This document shows positions 26,421 to 38,640 of a stretch of 64,000 nt of DNA, one piece after another (the stretch's first letter is position 1; each line of letters starts with the position of its first letter). The DNA is from Lama glama. Lineage: Eukaryota. A program made the translations under genes and the position numbers. The notes below the pieces were generated by a model, which searched no databases, was not told where the DNA came from, and saw only the letters and a program-made list of their open reading frames with translations. The stretch is taken from assembly GCA_028534125.1 (NCBI GenBank), contig CM052822.1:44020001-44084000 (forward strand), given 5' to 3'.

Positions 26421-29164
26421 ACAATTTGTAAAGCATGACAGTAGTTTTTATTATTAATTACACAAATGAACACAGAATGGCAGCCTCTCTCCTATGCACC
26501 CTCTGTGAGGAGTGGTAACTGTTAAAGACCCTATACATATCTTAGTTTTTCCACCTTCCCTATGGCTTTGGAATACCTGGGTGGAATGGCTTACTGTGCC
26601 ACATGGAATAGTTTATGCAGATATCAGTATGTTCATTTTGGAAAGTATATCAATAGAAGTAAGAGTCAGAATTTAGCAGCAGAGTCAAGGAAGTAAGCTT
26701 TGGCAAGAATACTCATGAAACTGGCCCCCTAGATTGGGCCCTACAGGGCTTATCCCCCAAGTGTAATGCAAGACAGTAACCACCAAAGTTTGCTCTGGGA
26801 AAAGGAATCGGCTCTTTTGCTGTCCTCCCCCTATAAGGGCCGAGGCCTCGTGCTGGAAAGAGCTTTCCACTAAGACTCCTGGACAGTAGAAAAGCTCCAT
26901 TAGAACAGGAACCCTCATTATTCTGGGCTCTCTTTGTAAGAAAAACCTTTATTTCAAAGATTCCATAGTATTTTAATAAAAGGCTTGCATTGCTCCACAA
27001 CACTTATGTTCATGAAGCATCATCATTTATTTCTCTCTGTTTTTAAATGTTTTGTTCAAATGTTTTTAAGTGCTACTATATTATATACACTTAAAAATAT
27101 GTTGAGGGTGGACTTCATGTTAAACATCTTTACCACCATTTAAAAAATTCAAAAACAAATATTTTAAAATGTTTAAATAACATCCAAAATACTATTTATG
27201 TGTAAGATATAAAATACAAAAAACATGCTTTGTACACACCATGCAGCCAGTTTCTTTCACCTTCCCAGACTGCAGTGAGAGTGTGTGATGCCCTGGGGTG
27301 AGCCAGCCAGCCACATGGGGACTCCCAGGAAAAATCAGTAGTTGAGAACATCACATTCCAGAGACTGGTGTGGTTTTGGAGATCCAGCAACACAATTCCA
27401 GATGCAACAGGCCTTAGGGTCTGGTTTATGCCAGACTTACAGAAAGCTGATATACAAATGAGCACACTTTAGTCTTTTCTCAGTGAAGCAAAATTGCCAC
27501 CACAACTTTACTAATGAGGCTCCAGATATGGCCTTTTCTCCCCTATTTTGAAAAGCCGTATTTCAATAGTGATGATGGAGCCAGAGCCAGATAAACTAGT
27601 TAGACTGATGATGGGTGGTAGCATCAAACTATGGTGAATATATCCCCAGTTCTTCAGCCCTCAGGATCACGCTTTCCTTTATCCACCTAACAAAATCCAA
27701 CGCTCTCACCCATACTGCTTGACTGTAGAAAAGTCTAGTTTTTATTGTGGTGTGTAAGTCATGGGAGAGGTCCTGGGAAGTATTTATATCCCATCCTGGT
27801 TTTTGCGAGTCACCATTTACTCTAGACACCGATGTCTGAGCCTCTGTGCTGCTCTTTTGCCATGTAGAAACCATCTCCAACTTACTACTGTCCTCTAGGC
27901 ACCATCTGGCCCCAGTGTGGACACAGCTCCTCCTTTCATCTTCTAAAACACAGCTGACTCTGGGCTGTAGTTTCTGACAAAGACTTACAGAAAGTAAGAC
28001 TAACATGAGGGAATTAACAATGTAGGGAAAATAAGTAAAATTGAGTAACACATCCCAGTATTCGTAGAACTCTTAGCCACAGTCCTTCACAGGGGAGTCT
28101 TTGACCAGCACTGTTCTCCTTAGGCCACAAACTGCAGTTAGGAGGCAGAGCCCTACTCATTGCCTTCAGATGAGTGTCCCCCACAATGATGCTCCCCTCT
28201 ATTGATTCTATGGCTTCAATTCTTCCCTCTCCAACTCCCAATAGAAAGAAAGAGACTGATCAATCTCATAATTATTCCTGCATTCTTACTCTACCTACCC
28301 AGTCTCTTTTAGGATCTGGTGTATGGAACATTTTTTCTAGCTTTGATGGTTTATTTACTTAGCTCCCAGGTTAAAATCCAGACCCTCCATCTGGATACAA
28401 TGATTGCATCAGCACTGAAACAAGCCATTCCTAATCACAGACCCAAGTAGTGTACAGATGTACCATAGCTCACCTTGTCGAATATCTGTCAGTCCTACTT
28501 TCCTATTATAAACAATGCAGTGAATATCTTAGCTAAATGTCACATGCATGATACCCTTCCAAACTTTTTCTGCTTCAAAGGGTGTGCACATTTTCAATCA
28601 TTCATTCAATACTGATCTAACTACTGGGCACTCTTCTAGGATGGAGGATATACTAATGAGTATAAATTCATTTCCCAACCTCATAGCCCTCATGTTTTGT
28701 AGAAGAGACAATGGTGTTAAGTGCAAAGGCCGTGAGCTGAGGTCTGATAATTAGTAAGTAACAAGGCAAAGGAGGAAGGAGCTGTGTTCCAAACAAAAAG
28801 AATGGAATTAGAATTCCAGCTGAAATTGGAAAGTCAGCCTTTTTAGGGATTCTGTCGTAGAGGTATTTCCTTACCCCAGTATTGTGTAAGTATTTATCTA
28901 TATTTTCTATCAGTATTTTCATGGTTGAACTGCTGTTATTCAATCATGATGTCTTGGCTGATATCTATAAACAGAAACGTATACTTTTCTAAGGGTTAAC
29001 CAGTTACCCCTTGAGATGTCACCTTTATCATTATAACAATTTTAGAATAATTCATGGATTTCTTTTTAATCTTCTGTTTTGTTCTCTTATCTAATCATAT
29101 ATTACTGTACCAGTACCATATATAACATTATAATACATTCTAGGTGAGACAAAGTTCTTCCATG

Positions 29165-30153
29165 GTCAGTTCTCCTATCCTCATTTATTCAATTTTAGTT
29201 AACTACCTGATAAGATACTTACTCTTTCTTATGAAGTACTGAATTGACTTTCACAGGGATTTCTAAATAAACTAATGAGGTTTCAGACTACCTGAGAACT
29301 AGAAGATATTCATCTGGAATGGACAGAGGTGAAAATGACCTTAAAGACTTCAGCAACCCAACAACTACTGAAACTTATATAGATATTTCCATGAAATGGG
29401 TACATTATTGAAGAATTTGAATAAATATCCCATAAGATAATTTATCATAATTGACCTTTTATTTTAAAAAATTACAGGGAGCAATTTCCANNNNNNNNNN
29501 NNNNNNNNNNNNNNNNNNNNNNNNNNNNNNNNNNNNNNNNNNNNNNNNNNNNNNNNNNNNNNNNNNNNNNNNNNNNNNNNNNNNNNNNNNNNNNNNNNNN
29601 NNNNNNNNNNNNNNNNNNNNNNNNNNNNNNNNNNNNNNNNNNNNNNNNNNNNNNNNNNNNNNNNNNNNNNNNNNNNNNNNNNNNNNNNNNNNNNNNNNNN
29701 NNNNNNNNNNNNNNNNNNNNNNNNNNNNNNNNNNNNNNNNNNNNNNNNNNNNNNNNNNNNNNNNNNNNNNNNNNNAAAATAGATATATTTATTCAAATTA
29801 TACACTGAAGGGCTGGGCTATTAGCTATAGACATTTACATGTGAAGCAGCTCTTTAAAGAAGTAAGACACACAAATAGGTCTGTCTTGGTATAATATACA
29901 TAATTGAAATTAATAAAACCTGGAAGACCAATATTGTTACGTTATATTCTGTTAGGATCCTAAAAAAAAAAAATCACACATTTAGTAGTCCATTTGTGCT
30001 TAAAATATTCATATGCATGAGAAGCTTAAAGAAAAAAACACCTCTGTACATGATGATGAAAAGAAAGTAATAAAATTTTTTGCAATTGCACTGTTATTTA
30101 AAACACTTTCCTAAATTCAGAACCTCCTTTGCAGCTGGCACAGTTTTTCAGGT
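29165..30153 (-). other. HERPUD2: HERPUD2 3' UTR (distal end uncertain)
   Basis: Follows the stop codon. AU-rich, partly masked (29491-29775). Minus-strand AATAAA hexamers at 29788-29793, 29458-29463 and 29184-29189. Confidence 0.6.
29184..29189 (-). terminator. candidate distal polyadenylation signal AATAAA
   Basis: tttatt on + strand, about 1 kb after the stop codon, similar to the recalled human UTR length. Confidence 0.4.
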
Positions 30154-30315
30154 CTAATTGGCAACCTGGGGAGGCCCCTCTGGTATTAGTGAAGTAAAGA
30201 ATGTCGTGATAAAAGACCAAGCTGACGCCATTAATCCAGGCCTTTGAATTGCACTGCCATCTTCTCCTGCATCTTCTCCACTCTCATCTTCAAGCCCATC
30301 ATCCATAAGACGCTC
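30154..30315 (-). CDS. HERPUD2: HERPUD2 last coding exon (162 nt including TAG)
   Basis: Acceptor ttttgtttgaaag|GAG. Translates ERLMDDGLEDESGEDAGEDGSAIQRPGLMASAWSFITTFFTSLIPEGPPQVAN*, the HERPUD2 C-terminus. Confidence 0.97.
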   Translation of the reverse strand, partial: ERLMDDGLEDESGEDAGEDGSAIQRPGLMASAWSFITTFFTSLIPEGPPQVAN

Positions 30316-30790
30316 CTTTCAAACAAAACAAGAAACATACTCCTAAGTGATCTGAACAGCTAACATTAACTCATGACAGAAAGAGTTAAGTTCTTCCCAG
30401 AGAAGAAATACGAGCATATAGTAAGGAAGTGGTACTATCTGGTCATTAGAAGTCTTTGTTAAGTCCAAAACTGATAAATTCCTCCTTATTCAAGTTCAAA
30501 GGGATAAATGCCAGTTTAATATAATAAATTCCACTGTGTGCATCATTTTCTTTCTAGGCTACTTTTAGGAAGTATAATATTACTTCTTCCCACTTAATTC
30601 TGATACATTACTGACTCAGTATTATTTTCTTAGTACTTGTGGATGAAACCACACATTTACATGTTAACTTTTCTTCATGGGCCATTCCATAAATACTGTG
30701 GAACACCCCAAGATTCTTGTATTATGTTGACCTCATACAGTGCTGAGGAAACATCTATGTTTAAAGTATACAAAAACTTCATCAGCATAC

Positions 30791-30908
30791 CATTTCTTCA
30801 AGTTCGAGGTTGTTTGCGTTTTGCACATCATTGTTAACGTCAGCATTATTGTTGGGAGCCTGTTGCTGACCTCCTTCTTGTCTAAAAGGAAACCACCCAG
30901 CTTGGTGT
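30791..30908 (-). CDS. HERPUD2: HERPUD2 coding exon 8 (118 nt)
   Basis: Acceptor actgaacag|A, donor ATG|gtatgc. Translates (L)HQAGWFPFRQEGGQQQAPNNNADVNNDVQNANNLELEEM, seen within ORF 30782..30970. Confidence 0.97.
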
Positions 30909-31145
30909 CTGTTCAGTAAAACAAAGAGAAAAGAAAATAAGTCACAACTATTTTTATTTTTATAAAACATTAGTGTCCTACAAGAGAAAAATGATTAGAA
31001 CTATGATAAATGAAAAGATCAAATCTCCTACTTTCAGGCCAAGAACTACCCTTTTCAAAGCAGTGACAGCAAAACAGGAACCAATTTAAGTCTGAAAGTC
31101 TATCATGAGCTTAACTGGCTCTGTGCTAGATATCAAGACCTATCA

Positions 31146-31289
31146 GGAGAGGAGAAGGTACAGCTCAGTGGTAGAGTGCCGCGCCTAGCATGCTCAAGGT
31201 CTTGGGTTTAATTCTCAGAACCTCCATCAATAAATAAATAAACCCAATTACCTCTCCTTCCCACCCCCAAGAAAAGAATTTAGAAAAAA
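31146..31289 (+). mobile_element. tRNA-derived SINE, Vic-1-like, in HERPUD2 intron 7
   Basis: cagctcagtggtagag A box, degenerate B box gggtttaattctc, taaa repeats and A tail. TSD aagacctatca at 31135-31145 and 31290-31300. Confidence 0.87.
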
Positions 31290-32031
31290 AAGACCTATCA
31301 TGAGTCATAAAATCATTTTTTGATATTTTTCAAAATGAAATTCAACTAGATATTTGTTTGCCTCTTGGGGGAAAGGGAGACAAGGGAAAGTTAGTCTACG
31401 TATGAAAAATAATCTGACCTATACCTATAGGACTTACTATTGATAACTATAATTTAAAAGAATATCCATTTGCAAGACTACATCATACACTCAAGTTCTA
31501 AATAATTGATAGAGCATGCCTAACTGAACAAACAATTTCTATAAAGGACAGTAAAGGAAAAAATTTGCTTCTAGACAATTCTGATAAACATTCTTATTAA
31601 ACATAACCTGCTTTGCTTCTGATGTCAGATATCTGGAGCCCAACATTCATATTCCTTCACTCAGCATTCACAATAGACTACCATATGCCAGACTCTGAGA
31701 ACAGTTTNNNNNNNNNNNNNNNNNNNNNNNNNNNNNNNNNNNNNNNNNNNNNNNNNNNNNNNNNNNNNNNNNNNNNNNNNNNNNNNNNNNNNNNNNNNNN
31801 NNNNNNNNNNNNNNNNNNNNNNNNNNNNNNNNNNNNNNNNNNNNNNNNNNNNNNNNNNNNNNNNNNNNNNNNNNNNNNNNNNNNNNNNNNNNNNNNNNNN
31901 NNNNNNNNNNNNNNNNNNNNNNNNNNNNNNNNNNNNNNNNNNNNNNNNNNNNNNNNNNNNNNNNNNNNNNNNNNNNNNNNNNNNNNNNNNNNNNNNNNNN
32001 NNNNNNNNNNNNNNNNNNNNNNNNNNNNNNN

Positions 32032-32074
32032 TGGGTTGGCATTTGATGTGGCCTGAGCTGAAACTGCAGCTTGA
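32032..32074 (-). CDS. HERPUD2: HERPUD2 coding exon 7, visible 5' part only (rest under N-run 31708-32031)
   Basis: Acceptor tttcag|T CAA GCT GCA GTT TCA GCT CAG GCC ACA TCA AAT GCC AAC CCA = (Y)QAAVSAQATSNANP, in phase with exon 6. A 324-nt exon, as recalled for human, would end near 31751, inside the gap. Confidence 0.92.
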
Positions 32075-33179
32075 CTGAAATATTCACCAAAATAAATATT
32101 AAAAAGAAAAAAAAACTATACCATATTATATTTTTCAAAACTTCCTGGGGAGCTATATGTATTTTTCATAAACCTAATATGGAATATCACAACTCCTGCA
32201 CCGTATTTCCTAGGTAAGCATAAATCCCAGTGGAAAAGTGGAACGAACCTTGATGGTTGGAGTAGCTCAGGAAAGGATGTTCTAGCCTGGTAGTCTAAGA
32301 CAGTGGGGAGAGGTGGAAGAGATAACAACAGCCATGTTAATCACTATCTTTTCTCTCTTTCACTAATTCATAAGGTAATGACCAGCTCTTTTCCCAAAAC
32401 TTTTCACTAGTGGCCTCTTCTGCTATTCTACAGGGATAAATACCCACCACCTCTCCCTCAGGCCCATGTTTTGACAGATTTGTCTAAAAATACACATTAA
32501 TCATTACCATGTGTGTCCACTGTCAGTGATAAATGATTTGTATTAGTATGTTAAAATATTAACTAGATCCCAAATAACAATCTCTCAACCCCAATCTTGA
32601 CTTTGGGAACTTCATCTGAGGAACACTGGTATAGGTCCTTGTCAACTTATGAAGAATTGTGGTCCTGAAGTTTGCTTATAATTTAATTGCTTGAAAGAAT
32701 AAATTGTCCTGTAAAAGACTCCCAGCAAAATGATAATATGTCTGAAATTTGCTTTAAATTATTCAGCAAAGGGGGGAAGTTATAGAACTAGACTATCATG
32801 AATTGATAAATGTTGAAAAGCTGGGTAATGAGAACACAGGAACTCTTTTTATTATTCTTTTATGTGCTGAAATTTTTCTATATAAAGTTTTAAAATCAAG
32901 ATAGCAAAAATAAAATAGAAGTTTCCCAGGCTACAAAAGCCTATTTAGGCTAGTATGCTAAAACCTTGTGTCCAAAGAAGCCTCTTTTATTTCCAAAACA
33001 CTTTCTATCTCATGGATGTTCTAATTCATCAGTGAGTTATTTCATTAAAGGTAAGAACTTGAGGCTCTAAAGTTAAATGATGTACATAAGATTATATGAT
33101 TTAGTAGCAACCTACTTATACAGCTCTTGCAAGGTTATAACCAAGACAAGGGGTATAAAGCATCTAGTAGAGTATTAAG

Positions 33180-34200
33180 CATAAAGCAGTCACTCAGATG
33201 ACTCATGGCAACAGGTAAGGTACAAAGAACCTGCCTGGAGCCAAGGGGTTATACAGGAGAGCATTAGGATATGAAGTTCACAAAGCAGGTTAGCTTTATG
33301 GGGTAAGGTCTAGAAAAACGATGAGGGTACAGACTTCACACTGTAGGCAAGAGAGCCATCAGATATTTACGGGGCTGGAGATGATGGGCTGAATTATGTG
33401 TTAAGCAAGTTAACATGGCACTAGTACAATGGAATATAGCAAAGAGCCTAAAAGGAGAAAGCGACTGCAGTAAAGTGGGTCTAATATGAGAAAAGATCTG
33501 GGCACAATATTGGAAGTAAGACGAAGAGAAGGACAGAAGCTAGAAACAACATATTAACTCATCTTGGTAAGTTGCTGGGTTCAGGGATAACAGAAGCCAG
33601 AATCAAAGCTGATTAAGGTTAAGAGCTTGGAGGATGACTAAGAAGAGACAGTACCTCTGACAAAGAAGTCAAGGAGAAGGCACTTAAGAGGATGGTGGAG
33701 TCAAATTTTGGACATACCAAATTTTGGGGAGAGGCAAATTTCTCACTGGAAATCACCAATAATTAAGTGGAGATACGAGGTGAAGCACAGGAAATGAAGA
33801 ACTGGGAGTAATGACTGAGCACTAACAACTAAGGCCATGGAAGAAGGAAATCCAAGAGGACTGGCCCTATCTTGTCTTCCCTGCCAGGCTGAGTATCATA
33901 AGGCACATGGTAAGTATACAAATACCTGTCTAACTGAGCAAGGAATGTTACAATTTAGAAACAGGGAAAAAACAGGCTATCAAAGGACACAAAATAATGA
34001 TCAGAAAGATAAAAGGAATGACGAGGACAACAGAATCACAGAAACAAGGAGAGGAGAACATTAAAGAGAAGCTAGAAATGTTAAATGAATGCATTGGAAG
34101 TTCAGAAGAAAGCAAGCTAAGAAACTGTATTCACTGCTAAGATTGTTCCATGCTGACCAGAAGCAAGACTTACTCAAATACTGACAGTCCAGAAAGCATA
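33180..34200 (-). mobile_element. L2 LINE remnant
   Basis: Purine-rich decayed L2-like text (ttttggacatacc, gaagaactgggagtaat, aggccatggaagaagga). Confidence 0.55.
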
Positions 34201-34583
34201 TTAGCTACAATTGAGGTTCAACATGAACCTCCCTGACATACAACTCTCTATTCCCTTTTTCATTTAATGGCCTATCTTCATGTAGATCTGCTGCCTTCCA
34301 GTGAAACTTTCCTAAGTTTTCTCCTCTTAAATGGATAAAATGTTCTATTAAAGAAAATACCTGAATACTACTAAATACAATTAGAGGAGAGAGGGAGAAG
34401 CAGAGAATAGGTTTAGTTGATGTGAACGGGCTGCGAACCCTTTTTCCTTTAGCCAAATCATTTAAAATAATTTCTAAAAACCAATAAAATATATCAGTAA
34501 ATGAAATCCCAAATCAACTTACTTAGGATGAAAAAGAAAATAAAGCAAACAACACAGTGAGTAAAGAATTCAAACCGACTTAC

Positions 34584-34706
34584 TATTGCATATAATACTG
34601 ATGAGCATACATCTGCTGCCACCACAGCATCTGCAGTGGGCTGAAAGCGGGGTACACTGGGAATCCAGCCGGAACTGCTTGCCCAGGAAGCTGGTTGTCT
34701 ATATTA
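34584..34706 (-). CDS. HERPUD2: HERPUD2 coding exon 6 (123 nt)
   Basis: Acceptor tctgttgcag|T, donor CAATA|gtaagt. Translates (G)NIDNQLPGQAVPAGFPVYPAFSPLQMLWWQQMYAHQYYMQ(Y), including the HERP-family W.QQ.YA.QYYMQY motif. Confidence 0.97.
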
Positions 34707-34899
34707 CTGCAACAGAGTGATAAAGAAGTGTCTTTTAATGCTCTACAAGTTGAAAGCATCTCCCTAAATTTTTATTTCTGAACTGTAAGTTATCTATTAA
34801 CAAAATATAGTAAATCTTACTGAAAAGAAAAATACTTATTTTCAACCTTCCTCAAGTAAAACAAAATATAGAGGATGCATCACTAAGTAACACAATAGA

Positions 34900-37120
34900 G
34901 AATTATTATTTGGAGCTAGTAAAAGGGATGACAAAATTAGTGACTGGAGGAAGGGAGTTTAAAGCTTCACCTTATTCCATATGCAAATGAGCTTCAAGTC
35001 GACTAAAATTAAGTATTAAGAGGTAAACCAAAGTAAATCCAGAAGCAACTAGAATTGATTATTTACCAAACCTTTGGAGGGAGGAAGACTTTCCTAATTT
35101 ATAAGCAGTAGAAGAAAGCACAAAAAGGCAACATATTTGATGACATAAAATTTAGAGACAGAGCTTTAAAAAAAAAGTTTGCAATAAATAGTAGTTTTTC
35201 TACATAAAGAACTCATAGAAATGGAAATAATCATTAGGACACCAAATAAATGCAAGTAAGATAAAAATAGGGATTCTTTTAATCTGTCAATATCTAGTGT
35301 TGGCAAGGGGTACAACTAAAACCCAACTCTTTGATTGCTAAGAGGATAAACTGGAATAAGGCTTTAAAAAACAATTTCATAAAATTAAATACTTAAAAAA
35401 ATTCACTTATACCCAACTGCCCAAGCAGTTCTGCTTCTGAAAATTAGCTTAAAGGAATAAACAGAAAAAAATTTTCACATCTCGCCCTTTAAGTCTTTGT
35501 ACATACTCATCCTGCTTAGGAATCGCATACTCAACCTACTCCCACTCCCTGCCTCCTTTCCCCTAATAACAAGAGAGAAAATGAAAACTGGGACAACAGC
35601 TCATGATTCAAAACAGAGTGAAAACCTTATCATAGCACTTATCACCATGTTGAAATTGCCTGAGTTTAATTCCACTCCTATGAAGGCATTTCTCTGATCT
35701 ATCTACTTTGACTGACTTCTACTACTAGAATCTATCCTAAATATAAATGGCAAAAATTTGATATGATGTATGCACAAATCTATTCATCATAACACTACTT
35801 GTAACAGTAAAGACTGGAAATAACTCAAATATTCATCAATAGGAGACTGTCATAGTTTATGCAGTCAGTGAATTGGTATGTGTCTATAAAAAGGAAAGAT
35901 CATCTCCATACAATCCTGCAGAGTGATCTCCTGGATATTCTGTTAAAAAGCAAGGTATTGAAGAATATTTATAATACACTATCTTTAATGTTAGAATGAG
36001 AGGATATATTTATATGTATGTGTATGTATAGATATATGTATGTGTGTACATACATACATATATATAGTGTATGCATGTGTATATACACACTTTCCTAAAT
36101 TTTCACAATGAATTAGTGGAAAAATAAACCAAAACTAAAAAATAATAAAAGTAGTTACCTATTATGGGGAAGGAGATCAGGAAAAGGGAATAAAATGAAA
36201 GCAGGGCTCTCTGAATATGTATCTTGTTTTATAGATTTGAGACTGGAACCTTAAAAGTATTTACACAATTAAGAAAAAAGCTAAATTAAAAAGAAAAAAT
36301 AATAAGACATAAAAAAATTCAAAGAAACAGAAAAAATGAACTCATGTATCAAGTCTGATAGTGTAACACACAGAGAAGAATTATTCTACTGGCTTCAAAA
36401 CAGTATTTTAACTGTAGTAAGATAAATCCTAAAGACAGAAAAGAACCATAACAATTTTAAACTATAAATACTATTTTTCATCAGGGTTCCCTGGGAACCT
36501 CAAGATGAGCCTGGGACGTCTTGTCAAGCATGAATCTAGAACATTATCCAAAATTATGAAAACCATGTCAAAAGGACACAGCAGAAAATGCAACAGACTC
36601 CCACGGGCCAAAGATGAATTAAGAGTATCTAAGAGTTTCAAGACGAATCAGTACATCATTCAGCAGATATTCTGGAGACCAAACACAAACATATTAAAGT
36701 TTTTAGTTCACACTGACACTTTAAAACAAAAACAAAAACAAAAAAACCTCATTCATCACCTTTCATGGTTACTAGCAAAACAACTTACTACCCTGAAAAC
36801 TGATAAAGAACCCAGCATTTATCAGGCCTTTCTTGAATGGATTTGTATATTAGGATAACAAAATGATGAGAGAAAGAAGAGGAATGACAGAACTAGGAAA
36901 TTATCCTTTTGTAACAATTAATGAAATCATGGATCTGGTCAAAGATTATCAATGACTACTAAAAGGCTGACCAAGAACTTTATAATATGGAGGATCAGGC
37001 TGGTAACACCTAAACCCACTGATCAGTTTTAACATGACTAGAGGTAAGACAGCCAAACTTTAGGTGCCTCCTGAAGTGATGCAAGGACACAGCACCACCT
37101 ACAAAGAATTCCTTAAAAGA
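34900..37120 (+). mobile_element. mosaic of ancient L1 3' fragments (L1MC/ME-type)
   Basis: A-rich; gactggaaataactcaaatattcatcaatagg and ggatcaggctggtaacacctaaacccactgatc are old L1 motifs. Confidence 0.65.
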
Positions 37121-38224
37121 AAAAAGAAAAGGGAAGGGGGAGGGGAGGGGAGGGGAGGAAGGAAGAAGGACACTTATGAGAACACATACATACTAAAAAC
37201 ATGAAATCAGTATTTCTCTTTTCCATTTTCAAACATTGTCACCTATCATTCTGTAAGTGATCTTGTCAGTCAAAAAAAATTAAACATTACTATTTACAGT
37301 GTTTGTACTTTTATAGTGTGTGGAATCAGGTTTGCATTTGGCCACATTCTATAGAGAGCACAACCTATAGCTGTAGGGCTTAATCGGATAGGTTGTTCAA
37401 AAAGACAGTGTGCAGAAATGGAAAAGAAAAATAATGGTTTCATGTTTATTGTATGTGTGTATTCTCTTAACTGTCCTCTAACCAGTATATTATAAAAAAT
37501 AACTTCAGCACTTTTGCAAATTTTCAGTTATTCCAAAATAATGGTTTTTTTAATGGCATAAGCAGGCTACTCAGTCAAGTAGATGATAAACCCTTTCCTG
37601 GTTTGCTCAAAACTAAAGCAGAGTGATGGAAATTAACAGAGTCTTTAGGTTAAAATTATCCAAATCAGGAGTACTACTAGCACATAGAGAAAATTGACTT
37701 TTCATTATCTTTGGTCCTTATCTCTTTACATGATAAAAAAAATATGATATAGCAATCAAATTTCTAGTATTTATCAGTTAAAAACAGCATTTGAAAACGT
37801 TTACTAATCATGAAATAATTTCATGTATGAAAATCTTTTAATAGGATTGGTTGTAAAAGAAGCATGAGGTGTTACTGCATGATATATGCAATGTTTTTAA
37901 ATTTTTAGCACAATTTTTATTCTTTGATTTATATTTATATAAACATATTTTAGTATTGTATGTAAATACAACTTCCTATTTCTTATTAAAAATCAGAGTA
38001 AGGGTCAGTTTCTATCATAAGAAAATCTTATGTAAAATATATTCTGGAGCATCCTCTGTGCCTGTCTCCTTATATAGGTATGAGAACATTTCCTACCGCA
38101 TATGGTTGTTATATATATACTGCATATATATATATCATATCACATCAAACAATGTCTGGCACAAAGTAAGCAAATATTAAAAAATTATTGTTATTATCAT
38201 TGCTAGGGAGGGATATATAATGAT

Positions 38225-38640
38225 GTGTTTACCAGAATTTGTGCTTTCCTTCTGTAGTATTGAACTTTTGCTAGGAAGTGACTGCCCAGTTAGGGACTAC
38301 ATTTCCTAGCTCCTCTTGTAACTCCTTGAGCTATGTGACTACTTCTTGCTCATGGAATGTGAGTAACAATGGAATATATCACTTCTAGGCCAAGGTATTT
38401 ACAAAGTAGGTGTGTTTCTCTATGTTTTTTCTCCCCATATGCCAAGTATATATAGATGAACGCCAAGACCTTATGAGGTGAAAAGACATAAAGTGGAAAA
38501 ACCCTGGGTCCATGAATCACCTGATGGAGAAAAATTATCTACATAGGAATAATAAACACTAGAATCAGACTACTACATGAGTAAGAAACAAACTTCTCTG
38601 ATGTTAAGATTCTAAACTTCGGGAGTTACATGGTTATTTG
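38225..38640 (+). mobile_element. old MLT1-family LTR
   Basis: gggactacatttcctagctcctcttg...tatcacttctaggccaagg...catgagtaagaaacaaacttc. Confidence 0.7.

Noticed and set aside
27629-28051. Longest N-free ORF (140 aa, minus strand) just downstream of HERPUD2
   Set aside because: Non-ATG start, no recognisable domain or splice context; length is within chance expectation for 64 kb.
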